DNA from: a virus
Taxonomy: Duplodnaviria > Heunggongvirae > Uroviricota > Caudoviricetes
Reading direction: 5' to 3' (one strand)
DNA: 33,787 nucleotides
IMG/VR virus record: IMGVR_UViG_2724679074_000004
Span: 1-33,787 of that record
Below the pieces are notes generated by a model. The model did no database searches, was not told the DNA's origin, and saw nothing but the letters and a program-made list of their open reading frames with translations. Of the stretch, positions 10,443-21,107 are shown piece by piece; position 1 is the first letter of the stretch, and each line of letters starts with the position of its first letter. The position numbers were made by a program, and so were the translations under genes.

Positions 10443-11738
10443 TCACGCGGTCTGGTTAGGCAGACCAACACCAATTGCCTCTGGTCGTACAGCACATGCT
10501 GAATACCACACAGCAATACGGCACTTACCAGACAGAGTGTTGATATCACCCTGCGTTGCGAAGATGCCGTTAACACCAATACCAGGAATGCTGAAGGAAG
10601 ACGTTTTCATACCAGCAAACAGTTCATGGGTTACCGGGATCGGCTGAGACAGTAGGCGGATTGAGTCATCAGCCCAGAACACGTTAGCGGTGGTTGTTGC
10701 CACGTTCAGAACGTTTACCGGAGTGGTATCAGCAAGAGAGGTGTTTACGTTAGCGTAAGCCTTCTCTTCTTTTGTCAGTGACGCATCATCCAGTGCAATC
10801 GGTTTCGGCGTGATTTCGATGTGAGTACCATCGATCACACGGGTGATTGAGAAAGTCGCATCATCAGTCAGCACGTTCTTCGCCATCTGAGACAGGAATT
10901 TCACACCAGTGAAGCTGATTTTGTCGCCGCGCTTAAATCCGGTGGTGGAGGATACGGTCACCGTTGCAACACGGTTGTCGACGTTCTCTTTGTTACCATC
11001 GGTATCAAGGGTGTATGCCTGCGGCTTAAACTTCTGCGCACCAGAAACAGTTACACCAGTAGCGGCTGACTTGGTAACTGCCGGAAGTTTCGGTGAGCGA
11101 AGAATTTCATCAAAGCCAGCAATCTGACGCTGAATAGTACCGTTGCGATACGCTTCTTCAGGAACGCGACCGAAGATGTCACCATCTACCAGGTTGCGGC
11201 CTGCTTTGCGGTAATCGTCAGGGTTCAGGAAGTAACTGATGCCCATATCGCGGTTTAGCTCACGGGAGAACATCAGGCGCTCTGCATCAGACACAAAATC
11301 CCAGCCAGACAGGCCAGTAGATGGACCAATTGCGCGGGTATCGTGAACAACAAGCGAGCCCATTTCAGTTGCCTGTTTGGCAATTGCTGACTCAATGTTA
11401 TTCGCCAGTTTTTTGGCGGATGCCTGGATGCGGCGACGGTAAGAACGCTCATCACGCAGGTCATCTGCACGAAGCTCGAAGAAATCGTTATCCGGATCGC
11501 CCATGTTGCATTTCACGGAGAGTTCCAGAATCCCGGTTGCGTTGCCAGTTAAATCCCAGCCAGTCTGGGTTGGCGCTTCCTGCTCAACAGGCATCCACAC
11601 GGTGTTGCTTGAACGCTGCATGGATTCTGCCGGAGGGGTGTATTTTGTCACTTTGGACGCCATTGGCGTCAGGTTCTGGACGGTTTCGATGATTTCATCC
11701 AGAGCATACGTGACCAGTTGACCTTCATTTAATGCCAT
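10443..11738 (-). CDS. Major capsid (coat) protein, P22 gp5-like
   Basis: 431 aa; near-colinear match to remembered P22 coat protein ([18 protein letters not shown].., ..[13 protein letters not shown]). Confidence 0.95.
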   Translation of the reverse strand: MALNEGQLVTYALDEIIETVQNLTPMASKVTKYTPPAESMQRSSNTVWMPVEQEAPTQTGWDLTGNATGILELSVKCNMGDPDNDFFELRADDLRDERSYRRRIQASAKKLANNIESAIAKQATEMGSLVVHDTRAIGPSTGLSGWDFVSDAERLMFSRELNRDMGISYFLNPDDYRKAGRNLVDGDIFGRVPEEAYRNGTIQRQIAGFDEILRSPKLPAVTKSAATGVTVSGAQKFKPQAYTLDTDGNKENVDNRVATVTVSSTTGFKRGDKISFTGVKFLSQMAKNVLTDDATFSITRVIDGTHIEITPKPIALDDASLTKEEKAYANVNTSLADTTPVNVLNVATTTANVFWADDSIRLLSQPIPVTHELFAGMKTSSFSIPGIGVNGIFATQGDINTLSGKCRIAVWYSACAVRPEAIGVGLPNQTA

Positions 11739-12649
11739 TATCGAATTCCTTTATTCAGTTGCGCCTTGAGCTTGCGGTACGTCTCTACATCCCCTTTGTT
11801 TGCTGCCGCCTCCATCTGCTTCTCAATCGCAGAGATATTTGCAGCAACAGCGTGTCCCTGAATGGGTTCATCAGGTAGCGGGGCTTCTGAAACAGGTTTG
11901 GCTCGAGGCTTGAGAGTTAAACGTTCTGACAGTCGAGTGAGTTCAATCAGCGCGGATTGCCCGTCCATCGCCAGCAACTGGCGTGTTTTTTCAGGATTAG
12001 CACCAAGGTGATACATGAGAGCAGCGGATTTCTCCGGGAAGAGGCGCATGATGTCGGCACCGACTGCTGGCGGCACCAGTTGCATGAATGCATCCTCTTT
12101 CTCCTGATAGTCAGGGATATTGAGCTTTTCCGCTGCGTCGTAGTGCTTACGGGCTGCCTCGACGTATTGCGCTGATTGCTGGGTGAACTCCTGAGTTTTG
12201 CGACCCTGCTCGGCGACAGCCTGGCTTCGTGCGTCCATAGCCTTGATCTGCCATTCACTGTTTGCCTGCTGGAAGGCCGCCAGTGCGCGGCTCTGGTCAT
12301 AGTCGTACTTAGCCAGTGCGTCTTCGGAAAGATAATCGTTAGGGTCTGGTTGTTTTGGTAACTCAGGGTTCACCCGCAGGTGCTCCGGCAACTCTCCACG
12401 CTTAACCGCTTCCATCTGCTGCTCAAGCTCACGCTGGCGTTTGCGTTCGATGCGGCGACGAGCAAATTCAGCATTAGTTGCCGGGTCTTGTTTTGGTTTC
12501 TCATCGTCTTTCAGGACAATCTCGAAGCCTTCTTCCTGACCTGCGTTGTCGTTGGCATTATCGACAACTAAGCCATCAGCAGATGCCGCTGCATGATTGC
12601 CGGGCAGGGTTAATTCTTCAGAAGCCTGAATGTCGGTGGTTTGGTCCAT
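11738..12649 (-). CDS. Scaffolding protein, P22 gp8-like
   Basis: 303 aa (same as P22 gp8); high similarity throughout (..[30 protein letters not shown].. ..[11 protein letters not shown]..). Confidence 0.95.
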   Translation of the reverse strand: MDQTTDIQASEELTLPGNHAAASADGLVVDNANDNAGQEEGFEIVLKDDEKPKQDPATNAEFARRRIERKRQRELEQQMEAVKRGELPEHLRVNPELPKQPDPNDYLSEDALAKYDYDQSRALAAFQQANSEWQIKAMDARSQAVAEQGRKTQEFTQQSAQYVEAARKHYDAAEKLNIPDYQEKEDAFMQLVPPAVGADIMRLFPEKSAALMYHLGANPEKTRQLLAMDGQSALIELTRLSERLTLKPRAKPVSEAPLPDEPIQGHAVAANISAIEKQMEAAANKGDVETYRKLKAQLNKGIR

Positions 12650-12662
12650 GATTAACTCTCTC

Positions 12663-14828
12663 TTATTGAGGTGTCTCGGCTACTCCGCCGGAGGGGATTT
12701 GAACTTGACGCATAAGATTCGCGAAATCCATGCGTTGTGAATGAGTCTGGTCTGCATCTTTAAGAAGCAGCTCAGCGTTAGCGCGAGCGTCTTTGCTGCG
12801 CTGTTGCTGGAATTGACCTACGAGCTTGAGGTACTCACGCAGTTCTGCCTGCTTGTCGAGGTCCATATTGTTGAAGATTTCTGCAATCTTCGCGGCGTTG
12901 AGTTGGTTTTGGGCTTCAACCTTGGCAGCTTCAACCTGAATCTGCGCCTGTTGGTTCTCTGCCTTGAGCAATTCAGCCTGACCTTGCAGAAGGATGCCCT
13001 GCGCCTGAATTTGCTCTGCTGATGGCTGCTGCGGCTGTTGTTGTGCCTGCTGCACCATCTCCATCTCTTCAGGTGTTTCTGGTTTCTTCAGCCCCATCAT
13101 CACCAGTTGCTTGTTCGCGTACTCTCGCATCATCTCGACGCCTTTACCGTCAAGCAGCGTGAAGTATTGCAGCATCAGCATCTGGAACTCTGGAGTACCT
13201 TGCGGAACCTTGGTGAGTAACTCCTGAATCTCTGCGCGGTTCTGTTCCTTCATGCTCTGGAAGGATGGTCCAACTCCTATATAGCACTCGTAGCGACCGC
13301 GAATGTCGTTGAGTGTGACCACATTACCGGACTGGTAATCGACAACTTGCGCGTAGAGTTGAACGTCTTTCTCGCTTCCATCTTCAAGTGTCAGCGTTAC
13401 ATGACGAGGGATGTCATAAATATCATTGACCATTGAGGCATAAATCTCGCCATCACGCCGCATTGCGGTAGCCAGGTTATCCTGAAACACGTATGTCTCA
13501 AGGTCTGACCGCATGTTCAGTTGATTGACGGTATCGAAAGAGACCTGAGAGTTTGCTGCCTGTGCATCCACGCCAAGACTAGCCACCTCTTTCACTGCGT
13601 TGGTGGCAGCCTCAAGCATGTAAGCGTTGGCTTGCGGCACTTCAGGGTTTTCCATGTAGGAGATTGGACCAATCGGCAGGTCGTTACCGTTTTCATCAGT
13701 CCTGTTCTGGAGATAGTACGGATAGTCATCATTTCCACCGTACATGTATTCGTAGCCTTCGATTTGCTCAGGGAAGAAGGTCGGTTTCTTCTTCGGTGAA
13801 CGACCAACAATATCGGCGTTGAATGACATGATCATGTTACGAAGGCGTTGACCGTCTTTCGTCAGCCTTACCACTCCTTCGTAGCACTCCTTGTCACCAG
13901 CGAATGACCATTCGCCATACACTGGAACGATTGGAATATGCTCTCCTGCTATCTTCTCGCGGTCTTTCAGTATCTGCGTGCAGGTGATGATCGACTTATA
14001 CACACGCCGACGCTTCACCTTGCGCTCTGCTACCTTAATGAATCCACGATTAGCCAGGTCGTCGATGACGTCTTTAATATCCTGCTGGTAATAGCTGACC
14101 GGCTCACCTGTCAGCGGGTCGCGGTAGATGAAGACCTTCTCTTTCTTCTCTTCTATCTCGTAATACTCAGCGACGTAGACGACATCATTCGATACCCACG
14201 GAAACAGCCATGTGTCGTTCGGATTCTGGAAAGATGGCAAGGTGTCCGGATCAATACCGTAATCCTCTGCGAACTCTTTCCAGCCATTGCGTGACAAGGC
14301 GTTAATCACCGTGCAGTGCTTAGCGTCGCTCTTATCCATCTGCTTGCTGTTGGCGTCCCATATGACGTGTGAGCAGGCCTCATGGATTGGCAGGCGTCTG
14401 ATTACCTGATTGTTGCTTGTTGGATCGTTGTCTTCGTACTGTGTGACCAGACGCCATGCACCAACGCCGGACTCTATCTGCTCACGAACGCCAACGTTAA
14501 CGGCAATCTTTGCCGTGTTATGGCGCATATCAGTACGATACATCCCCATCAACACATCGGCTGCATCAGGATTAGCGCCGTCTTTGGGTCGGAAGAGAAC
14601 GTCGATAGGGTTCCGGCGCATCTCTGCGACCAGTTTCCTGACCACTGGGCGAACAACATCGAATTGTCCGCGATATTGCAGGGTGGTGTAGTTTGATAGC
14701 CAGTCATCCCATTGCGACACTCGGCTAAAAAACAGGTCATTTGTCGCCTCGGTTCTGGCTTCATCGCTCGCCATCCAGTCTGCGTCAAACTTACACAGAA
14801 TGGAATTGAGTCTGTTTTCGTCGGCCAT
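12663..14828 (-). CDS. Portal protein, P22 gp1-like
   Basis: 721 aa; strong match to remembered P22 portal (..[35 protein letters not shown]..). Confidence 0.95.
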   Translation of the reverse strand: MADENRLNSILCKFDADWMASDEARTEATNDLFFSRVSQWDDWLSNYTTLQYRGQFDVVRPVVRKLVAEMRRNPIDVLFRPKDGANPDAADVLMGMYRTDMRHNTAKIAVNVGVREQIESGVGAWRLVTQYEDNDPTSNNQVIRRLPIHEACSHVIWDANSKQMDKSDAKHCTVINALSRNGWKEFAEDYGIDPDTLPSFQNPNDTWLFPWVSNDVVYVAEYYEIEEKKEKVFIYRDPLTGEPVSYYQQDIKDVIDDLANRGFIKVAERKVKRRRVYKSIITCTQILKDREKIAGEHIPIVPVYGEWSFAGDKECYEGVVRLTKDGQRLRNMIMSFNADIVGRSPKKKPTFFPEQIEGYEYMYGGNDDYPYYLQNRTDENGNDLPIGPISYMENPEVPQANAYMLEAATNAVKEVASLGVDAQAANSQVSFDTVNQLNMRSDLETYVFQDNLATAMRRDGEIYASMVNDIYDIPRHVTLTLEDGSEKDVQLYAQVVDYQSGNVVTLNDIRGRYECYIGVGPSFQSMKEQNRAEIQELLTKVPQGTPEFQMLMLQYFTLLDGKGVEMMREYANKQLVMMGLKKPETPEEMEMVQQAQQQPQQPSAEQIQAQGILLQGQAELLKAENQQAQIQVEAAKVEAQNQLNAAKIAEIFNNMDLDKQAELREYLKLVGQFQQQRSKDARANAELLLKDADQTHSQRMDFANLMRQVQIPSGGVAETPQ

Positions 14829-16328
14829 TTAAGTTCTCCGTGCGATGGGCCTGATTGGGGCTGGTATCTTTTTCTCTTTTGGTTTTTTGATGTCGCGCAT
14901 CATTTTGGCGAAGCGGCGCATCATGTATGCATAGCGAACGGCGGAGAGAACGTCATCGTTAAGTTTGACGATTTTCCCGTTTTCATCACGGTGATAGAGG
15001 CGGAACTCCTCAAAGAATGGCTCACAGGTGTTGAATACTTTGAAGCGACCGTCGAGCATCATGTCTCGCAATTCAGTGATGCCAGGCTCAACAGCATTAC
15101 CGCCATCAGGCCATGTCGCATGCTCCTGCAACATCATAAATCCAGCGTCTGCATACTGTCCTTTGAGCTGCTCACCGCCGCCCTTCTCATGCTGGTTTCC
15201 GTCATGAGGCCATGCGGTTGGCACTTTATGCGCCCATGATTTAACGGCTCCCCATGCCTGAACGGCTGTTTTTTCTTTCGCCTTCCACACGCGTGAAACG
15301 TAGATTGTGTCTGCGTCCTTATCCCACCAAAGCTGAACCTGCGCCTGTGGGTGATCCCATCCGAAATCCATCCCGCCAATTACGTAGAAGTGATCAGGAC
15401 ACTCGAACGGCTGACACTTAATTGTCTCTTCCGGTATCTGGAAGATTCGACCGCTACCCATCGTAGGAATACCGCGAGCACGCGCCTCTCTCTCATGCTC
15501 AGGATAGGATGCGATGATTTGCTCTTTCTGCTCGTCGGTGTAGTGCTCTGCGTCATAGATGGTCATGTTGACCACTTTCTGCGACTTGCTGGGATTCTTC
15601 AGGAACTTGGTAACAACGTCAGACATCCCCATCAGCGGGGTAAACGTCAGAATTGAGAATTGCCCGTATTTGTTGGTACGGGTAAGACCTTCGCCATAAA
15701 TGCTGTATGGTGGCTCTTCGTCAAACCACACGCCGTGGATTGTGTCACCCTGCCAGCGAGCACGGCCTTGCGAGTATGGCTTGAAGTAGCAGATTGAAAT
15801 GCCATCTTCAACGCCATCAGCCGTGTGATGCTTAACCAGAAGATGATCAACAAGGTTCGGAAAGAAAGGAGACTTCTTCCAGCTAATGATGTCTTCTTTC
15901 GGTATGGAACCGTAGCCAGGCTCATCATTCTCTTCGATACGACCGCACAGGATGCGTTGAGTCGTTTTGGTTACAGTCTCGTTTGTCTCGCCGCCAATCC
16001 AGAAGACAACAGGCTCATAGAAACGCTTACCTTTCCACTCACCGCCATATTTACCATCAGCAGGATAGCCTTTTGTGCCCGGATAACGCCCTGTAAGGTG
16101 AAACGCGACTTCAGCAGCACCAGTAAATGACTTACCAAGCTGGTTACCAGCCATAAAACAGCGCTCTGGATAGTCATGCCCGGCGTCGATGAACTCACGC
16201 TGTTTGCTGTATGGCGTAAATTCATATAGCAGGTGTGTGTTCCGGTAGTTCTCTTCTTCTTCGAGTAGCTCGAGCAACTCGATTTGCTCTTCGTCGCTCA
16301 GGTTATCAAGAATCGCGTCCAGTTCCAC
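14829..16328 (-). CDS. Terminase large subunit, P22 gp2-like
   Basis: 499 aa (= P22 gp2); Walker A-like GNQLGKSF; immediately downstream of the small-subunit gene with overlap. Confidence 0.9.
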   Translation of the reverse strand: MELDAILDNLSDEEQIELLELLEEEENYRNTHLLYEFTPYSKQREFIDAGHDYPERCFMAGNQLGKSFTGAAEVAFHLTGRYPGTKGYPADGKYGGEWKGKRFYEPVVFWIGGETNETVTKTTQRILCGRIEENDEPGYGSIPKEDIISWKKSPFFPNLVDHLLVKHHTADGVEDGISICYFKPYSQGRARWQGDTIHGVWFDEEPPYSIYGEGLTRTNKYGQFSILTFTPLMGMSDVVTKFLKNPSKSQKVVNMTIYDAEHYTDEQKEQIIASYPEHEREARARGIPTMGSGRIFQIPEETIKCQPFECPDHFYVIGGMDFGWDHPQAQVQLWWDKDADTIYVSRVWKAKEKTAVQAWGAVKSWAHKVPTAWPHDGNQHEKGGGEQLKGQYADAGFMMLQEHATWPDGGNAVEPGITELRDMMLDGRFKVFNTCEPFFEEFRLYHRDENGKIVKLNDDVLSAVRYAYMMRRFAKMMRDIKKPKEKKIPAPIRPIARRT

Positions 16329-16800
16329 GGTTGAATAGCTCCTTGATACGAGAGCGTCGCTTATCGCGATCTCCCTTATCAGGTGTCACGTCTTCAACTT
16401 GCGACTGCTCTTTGAGGCCCAAATCACGGGCGATGATGTTAGCGTTGAGAAGGTCAGCGGCTGCGCCAGAGAATTTCTGATCGTAGATGACCTGCTCTGC
16501 TCGCGTAACGACTTCAGATAAATCTTCTCTCAGGCGATATGTGCGCCATGTTTCAAGCGTCACATCAATGAACAGAGTGAGACCGGTAATGGTCATCGCT
16601 CGCATCTTGGCGATAGGCTCTTGTATCACTTCCCCCTGATACGAGAACGCCTTCATCTCCCATAGCGGGTTAGCTTCCACCCACTCGAAGTATTCACAAC
16701 AAGCAGCCCACAGCGCCTCAGGCGATTCGAATTTAGGATTTCGCCCATGACTACTGCGGGCCTCCCAAAATCGGTTGCCCTTTGGTGCTGCCATATTCAT
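16306..16800 (-). CDS. Terminase small subunit, P22 gp3-like
   Basis: 164 aa; sequence essentially identical to remembered P22 gp3 ([44 protein letters not shown]..). Confidence 0.95.
   Translation of the reverse strand: MNMAAPKGNRFWEARSSHGRNPKFESPEALWAACCEYFEWVEANPLWEMKAFSYQGEVIQEPIAKMRAMTITGLTLFIDVTLETWRTYRLREDLSEVVTRAEQVIYDQKFSGAAADLLNANIIARDLGLKEQSQVEDVTPDKGDRDKRRSRIKELFNRGTGRDS
16503..16527 (-). other. pac site (P22-type packaging initiation sequence) inside the terminase small-subunit gene
   Basis: Minus-strand sequence GAAGATTTATCTGAAGTCGTTACGCG encoding EDLSEVVT matches the remembered P22 pac consensus; location within gene 3 as in P22. Confidence 0.5.
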
Positions 16801-16817
16801 CTCACTTATTTGTTATT

Positions 16818-16994
16818 TCAGGCTGATGACTCTTTCGCGCTTTCAATCAGTGACTGCTTCAGCAATTCGAGTGTGCCAATCGCCTCGCATAAACTGATTT
16901 CGCCATCGTAATCATGGATGACGCTTTCCAGCCGCTCGTATAGCTCTTGAGTAATTGGGAATTTCTTCTCCTTACCCAAATTGATTACGCGGCT
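16818..16994 (-). CDS. Possible small protein (59 aa, GTG start) between orf80 and terminase
   Basis: Uninterrupted frame VSRVINLGKEKKFPITQELYERLESVIHDYDGEISLCEAIGTLELLKQ.. with GGAG 6 nt upstream of GTG; below the ORF-track size cutoff. Confidence 0.3.
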   Translation of the reverse strand, partial: SRVINLGKEKKFPITQELYERLESVIHDYDGEISLCEAIGTLELLKQSLIESAKESSA

Positions 16995-16998
16995 CACA

Positions 16999-17241
16999 TC
17001 ATGCTCCGGTAGTGAACAGGTCTAACGCTTCCTTCGATTTACGCACCGCTTCGATAGTGCGGGTCGTGATATCTGAATTAGCGCCACCTGACTGGAAGTG
17101 AATTTTGAATAGCTCAAGCTTCAACTCGTCAGTGCCGATGAATTGAAATGCTTCTTCTGCGGCTGCGTTCTGGTTCATGACCAGCTTGTAAATCTCTAAC
17201 TGGAATTTCTGTTCTTCAGTCATGGGAATAATCTCTGCCAT
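16999..17241 (-). CDS. Hypothetical small protein (80 aa) upstream of the terminase genes
   Basis: ORF co-oriented with late operon; no recognizable family. Confidence 0.45.
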   Translation of the reverse strand: MAEIIPMTEEQKFQLEIYKLVMNQNAAAEEAFQFIGTDELKLELFKIHFQSGGANSDITTRTIEAVRKSKEALDLFTTGA

Positions 17242-17344
17242 TGTTGGCTCCGTTTATCCGTTAAAAGGGATATCAGTTAAGTTATCCCGTGTAGGGTATA
17301 AGCCATTATCAAAGCCACTCTGTAGGGAATGGCTTTTGTAATAA

Positions 17345-17725
17345 CTACTGTTCGCTTAGCTTCTGCTTCAGCAAGTAACCTTCGAGCATCCAGATTTTGT
17401 TTACAGCATTTTGCCGGGCAATCTTCCGACCAATTTCTGCATCAAAGTTTTCCGGGCTTGCACAGGCACTCTCTCCGGTGACGGTGAAGCCATTCTTCAG
17501 CACCAGTACGCAGAAAGTGAGCAACTTCAATGGTGATAAATCACGATCGCCTTCTTCTGGTTTTTCCCTGCCACAATATTCGTTGCTGGAAATGGCACCA
17601 TTACGTCCATCATAAGCAGTAAAGTAATGCTCGCTTTTAATCACGTCTTCGATGTGCTGCGGAGTGATTCTCGGAGCGGTTTTGCCTTTCTCAACGATTT
17701 CTTTTTCGATTTGCTGGTCGTTCAT
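17345..17725 (-). CDS. Conserved phage protein, possibly N4 gp49 / Sf6 gp66-like family
   Basis: 126 aa ORF between lysis cassette and terminase, a position occupied by gp66-type genes in Sf6-like phages; family assignment from memory only. Confidence 0.5.
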   Translation of the reverse strand: MNDQQIEKEIVEKGKTAPRITPQHIEDVIKSEHYFTAYDGRNGAISSNEYCGREKPEEGDRDLSPLKLLTFCVLVLKNGFTVTGESACASPENFDAEIGRKIARQNAVNKIWMLEGYLLKQKLSEQ

Positions 17726-18103
17726 AATTATGACCCTGTAGAGTGGTTGCTTGATTAGGATGTCTTTCCATCAGTCCGCCACCACAAAGAATCTTTTTTG
17801 CCATAAGGCAGGAGGTTCATCTTTCAGTGGCTGCCAGTGTTATTTCCCCACTTACTGGCTTGGGTTGTTTTGCGGTACTGCCGTAACTGGTTGCCCAGAA
17901 TAAATTCCGGTTTCATTATCAAGCCCACCCGTAGACAGGCTTTGTAATGAACTGGCTCTTATCTCAACGCAGCCCCTTACCGCGCGCCAGATGCTCAACT
18001 TCAAGCATCAGCAATGAGATGTTTAATCTGGATTCACTCCAGAAGTGATCACCACCCTGTCTACAGAGCCAGATGTGAAGGATGATGAGTAAAATTATCG
18101 CTA

Positions 18104-18571
18104 TCATCGAAGGCATTGCGTCCTGATGTATTCCTGAAGCGTTCTCAGTGCTGTTTGGTCGCGGATAATTCCGTCCCGGACACCGAGAACGTTTCGTCCA
18201 GCAACTGGAGAGAGTTCGACGGTGGCATCATTGCCCATGCCGGAGGCGCCGGAGGTTTCGTCTGAGGATGGCACAGGGCATTTTCCTTTGACGAGCACCC
18301 TGCCACCATTATCAAGCTTGCGACGAAGAGCATCATTTTCAGCTTTCGCATCAGCTAACTCCTTCGTGTATTTAGCATCGAGTACATCAGCAGCACGCTG
18401 GCGTTGCTGCATGTCAGTAATGGTGGCGGTCGCCTGCTTCAGCTCACTGACTTTTTTATCTCGCTGTTCTTTGTAGGCGATGGCGTTATCACGGTAGTGA
18501 TTAACAGCCCATGACAGGCAAACGATGATGCAGATAACCAGAGCGGAGATAATCGCGGTGACTCTGCTCAT
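18104..18571 (-). CDS. Rz: Rz-like i-spanin
   Basis: Start ATG overlaps endolysin stop (ATGA); N-terminal TM segment ([20 protein letters not shown]), coiled-coil periplasmic domain; Rz1 embedded in +1 frame. Confidence 0.85.
   Translation of the reverse strand: MSRVTAIISALVICIIVCLSWAVNHYRDNAIAYKEQRDKKVSELKQATATITDMQQRQRAADVLDAKYTKELADAKAENDALRRKLDNGGRVLVKGKCPVPSSDETSGASGMGNDATVELSPVAGRNVLGVRDGIIRDQTALRTLQEYIRTQCLR
18145..18351 (-). CDS. Rz1: Rz1-like o-spanin lipoprotein embedded within Rz
   Basis: [19 protein letters not shown] lipobox, proline-rich (PPAPPAW) as in lambda Rz1; fully inside Rz in another frame. Confidence 0.8.
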   Translation of the reverse strand: MRKLKMMLFVASLIMVAGCSSKENALCHPQTKPPAPPAWAMMPPSNSLQLLDETFSVSGTELSATKQH

Positions 18572-19071
18572 TGCTGCCCCCACAAACAGACTTCACGCTC
18601 AATCTCACGGCGAGTCATCAGCCCTTTCCATTGCTTACCGCCAGCGTATGTCCAGCGACGTAGCTGGTCACATGCGCCATTGATATCGCCCTGGTTGATT
18701 TTGCGAAGAAGCGTCGATGTTCTGAAATTGCCTGCGCCCACGTTATAGACGAACGAATAAAGAGCGCCGCGCGTTGTTTCCGGTATATCGACTTTGATGT
18801 ACGGGTTAATTTGTCTGGCGACCGTGGCAAGGTCTTTATTCAGGAGGGCTTTGCATTCTGCTTCGGTATACGTTTTACCGAGCACGATGTCTTTTCCGGT
18901 ATGTCCGTGACATACAGTCCATACACCAACAATATCTTTGTATGGTATGTAGCTGACACCTTCCAGACCATCGTTACCACTTGGCCCAGTGATTAACACA
19001 GATGCTATAGCAATAGCCCCGCCACTTATCGCCGCTATTACGCTATTTCGTAGTGCCGGTGACATTGCCAT
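18568..19071 (-). CDS. SAR endolysin (phage 21 R21-like lysozyme with N-terminal signal-anchor-release domain)
   Basis: Near-identity to remembered R21 (..[48 protein letters not shown]..); Gly/Ala-rich weak TM at N-terminus. Confidence 0.9.
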   Translation of the reverse strand: MAMSPALRNSVIAAISGGAIAIASVLITGPSGNDGLEGVSYIPYKDIVGVWTVCHGHTGKDIVLGKTYTEAECKALLNKDLATVARQINPYIKVDIPETTRGALYSFVYNVGAGNFRTSTLLRKINQGDINGACDQLRRWTYAGGKQWKGLMTRREIEREVCLWGQQ

Positions 19072-19246
19072 TCAATCTGTCCTCGCGCTCTTTGCGCTTG
19101 TAGTACCAGTTGATGCCAAATGTGCCGACAGTACAAAGAATACCAATGATGACAGCCCAGTCATTCAGGGAGAGAATGCCACCCATCGCAGTCAGTCCTC
19201 CGAAGCTGTAACTGAACCATTCTCTGATTTTGTCCATACGGTACAT
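19043..19246 (-). CDS. Pinholin (class II holin, S21-like) with dual-start motif
   Basis: 67 aa, two TM segments, charged C-terminus; MYRMDK.. resembles the S21 MKSMDK dual start (antiholin/holin); immediately upstream of a SAR endolysin. Confidence 0.75.
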   Translation of the reverse strand: MYRMDKIREWFSYSFGGLTAMGGILSLNDWAVIIGILCTVGTFGINWYYKRKEREDRLNGNVTGTTK

Positions 19247-19378
19247 GCTCTACCCCTTCATTGAGGGGATTTGCTCTATTTAATTAGGAATAAGGTCGAT
19301 TACTGATAGAACAAATCCAGGCTACTGTGTTTAGTAATCAGATTTGTTCGTGACCGATATGCACGGGCAAAACGGCAT

Positions 19379-19398
19379 GAGGTTGTTAGCGCAACCTC
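19379..19398 (-). terminator. Candidate tR'-like hairpin in the late leader, upstream of the holin
   Basis: Minus strand GAGGTTG-CGCTAA-CAACCTC (7-bp stem) followed by ATGCCGTTTTGCC; placement analogous to lambda tR'. Confidence 0.3.
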
Positions 19399-19490
19399 CT
19401 GCCACCCGCTTTCACGAAGATCATGTGTAGAAGGCCGCAGCGTAACTATCACTGATGAATTCAGGATAGCCAGTGGCTACGGCTCAGTTT

Positions 19491-19518
19491 GGGTTGTGGC
19501 GGCCGGAATCGAACCGGC
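19491..19518 (-). other. tRNA-like T-arm plus acceptor 3' strand motif (not a complete canonical tRNA as far as I can fold by eye)
   Basis: Minus strand GCCGG-TTCGATT-CCGGC (perfect T-stem/loop consensus) followed by CGCCACA A CCC; a complementary TGTGGTG lies ~120 nt upstream (too far for a standard cloverleaf). Confidence 0.3.
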
Positions 19519-19757
19519 TTCCATCGGTGCGCTGCCGATTGCAGTACGCGCGGCGGTCAGCTACATGACTAGTATTTTCACTGTCGCCTATCTGCTAGCT
19601 CGCCATTGAGCTTCACCACAACGATAAGAGCACTGCGCGGCACCTTTCACCAATTCCGCGAGGTCTGCGGGTTCAATGCTCTTACCTGTTGTGCAAACAA
19701 AAAAAGCCACCATTGCAACTTAAGAGTCACTAACGGCAGCTTATCTTCTAATTATGG

Positions 19758-20279
19758 CTAAATGGATAATTGCATGTCAAGGCTTTTAACAGCAACATGC
19801 TTAACTTTCTCAACACGTTTACGCATTTTGAAAGCATTTTGCATTGGCTGGTACAAAACAAATAACGACGCTTTCAGGATGTCGTCAATTTCGTTTCTAC
19901 AGGTTGCCAGTGAAGGTTTTCTCCATCCCTCGCCACCACGTCCACACATCTTGCGTGGCTTTGCAGTCGCGTGATAGTAGGATGCAATTGCTCGCTTAGA
20001 TGAACCATGAGCGTAGTAGCTGAGGAGGATGCCAAAGGCTTTCTTGTCAATGTACATGACGGAATCGACGACCTGAGAAATCAACATTCCATCATCATCA
20101 TTGCACATTGGCCTTGTCATAACTCTTCCCGGCTCTACGCTCTCCATGAACTTCGCTATTACGCTGCTCATGCGCTTTTCCAGACGACCTGAATAAACCC
20201 ATGCGCCCCACAGTTCAAGCCAGCAATTCAGCCAATCGTGCTGTTCTTTGGTGAGGTTTAGTTCTCTTATGCTCATCAT
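19758..20279 (-). CDS. Late-gene antiterminator Q (phage 82 / Phage_antitermQ-type, gene 23 position)
   Basis: 173 aa ORF directly downstream of the nin genes and upstream of the late leader/lysis genes; resemblance to 82-type Q proteins is from memory. Confidence 0.55.
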   Translation of the reverse strand: MMSIRELNLTKEQHDWLNCWLELWGAWVYSGRLEKRMSSVIAKFMESVEPGRVMTRPMCNDDDGMLISQVVDSVMYIDKKAFGILLSYYAHGSSKRAIASYYHATAKPRKMCGRGGEGWRKPSLATCRNEIDDILKASLFVLYQPMQNAFKMRKRVEKVKHVAVKSLDMQLSI

Positions 20280-20461
20280 CTTCCCTTTTTGCCTGGCGTT
20301 ACCATCAGGACGCCGTTAACTATTACGTGACGCTCACCTTTGCTGTCTCGGTTGTACTTGAGCACTGTTCCTCTTGCACAGGAAAGCATCCTCGCCACTT
20401 CGGTCTGATTGCCTCGTGTCTGGATAAGAAGCTCTGGTATCGTTTGAATTGTGGCGTTCAT
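20276..20461 (-). CDS. ninH: NinH
   Basis: 61 aa; ..GNQTEVARML.C.RGTV.KY....G..H.IVN.VLMV.. matches lambda/P22 NinH. Confidence 0.85.
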   Translation of the reverse strand: MNATIQTIPELLIQTRGNQTEVARMLSCARGTVLKYNRDSKGERHVIVNGVLMVTPGKKGR

Positions 20462-20820
20462 GCGTTCTCCAGTTCGGTGATTTTTATTCCAAGTCTTCCA
20501 CCTGGTACTTTCACACCACGAATTACGCGAATGTCATCGAATTGCTCGTCGTCTTCCGCAAATCCGGCGTGGATAAGGGAGTCGAGTAAACCTTTCAGGA
20601 TGTTGTCGAGGTCGCGGCGGCGGGAGTCTGGAACGTCTGCGATGACTTTGATACGGAGTCGTGATTTGGTGAAAATGTCTAACTTGAGTTGGCGGATGAT
20701 TTGCTGAACGTCTTTTCGGTATTTCTGGCCTTTATCGCTGATGTAGTATTGGCTTCCCCGTCTTCGCCAGTAGGTATTCACCGATGGCGGGTATGGAAGC
20801 ACAAACTGATATTCGTTCAT
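20458..20820 (-). CDS. rusA: RusA-family Holliday junction resolvase
   Basis: 120 aa; LPYPPSVN.YW....., DVPDSRRRDLDNILKGLLDSL matches the RusA catalytic motif region. Confidence 0.9.
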   Translation of the reverse strand: MNEYQFVLPYPPSVNTYWRRRGSQYYISDKGQKYRKDVQQIIRQLKLDIFTKSRLRIKVIADVPDSRRRDLDNILKGLLDSLIHAGFAEDDEQFDDIRVIRGVKVPGGRLGIKITELENA

Positions 20821-21107
20821 GACTTAATCTTCCCCTCCTTCAGCAGTATCGCCTGCGTCCTGATCACGCCTTCGAGGTGGTAAAGTCTGGCGTCTTTGTT
20901 GTCGAGATTATGGGTGCGTCGGTCGATTTCATCGTGACACGCGCTACAAGCCCATGCGCCGATCAGGTCGTCAGGCTTCATTCCCGTTCCGCAAATTCCA
21001 GCCATCCGGTAATGTGCCAGAACTGTAGTTTCAGGATTGCCATTGCATACGCCGTAAATACGTACCTGGCATTCTCTGCCGCGTGCTTCTTTGCGTAGGT
21101 TAGCCAT
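20817..21107 (-). CDS. YbcO-like (DUF1364) putative nuclease
   Basis: 96 aa; RGRECQVRI.GVCNGNPETTVLAH.R..G.CGTG.KP.DL....ACSACHDEIDRRTH matches remembered DLP12 YbcO. Confidence 0.7.
   Translation of the reverse strand: MANLRKEARGRECQVRIYGVCNGNPETTVLAHYRMAGICGTGMKPDDLIGAWACSACHDEIDRRTHNLDNKDARLYHLEGVIRTQAILLKEGKIKS

Noticed and set aside
12741-15239. Multiple plus-strand ORFs (for example 12741-13022, 13938-14294, 14712-15239) antisense to portal and terminase genes
   Set aside because: Antisense to highly conserved genes with near-identity to P22 proteins; almost certainly non-coding.
18618-18996. ORFs 18618-18830 (minus) and 18811-18996 (plus) within the SAR endolysin gene
   Set aside because: Internal or antisense to an endolysin with near-identity to R21; no support.
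19495-19620. Calling a complete tRNA gene here
   Set aside because: T-arm and acceptor 3' strand are convincing, but I could not fold a D-arm or anticodon arm of normal spacing; a 7-nt loop (CAGCGCA) on a 5-bp stem exists but lacks the conserved U33/purine-37. Kept only as a tRNA-like motif pending tRNAscan or Infernal.
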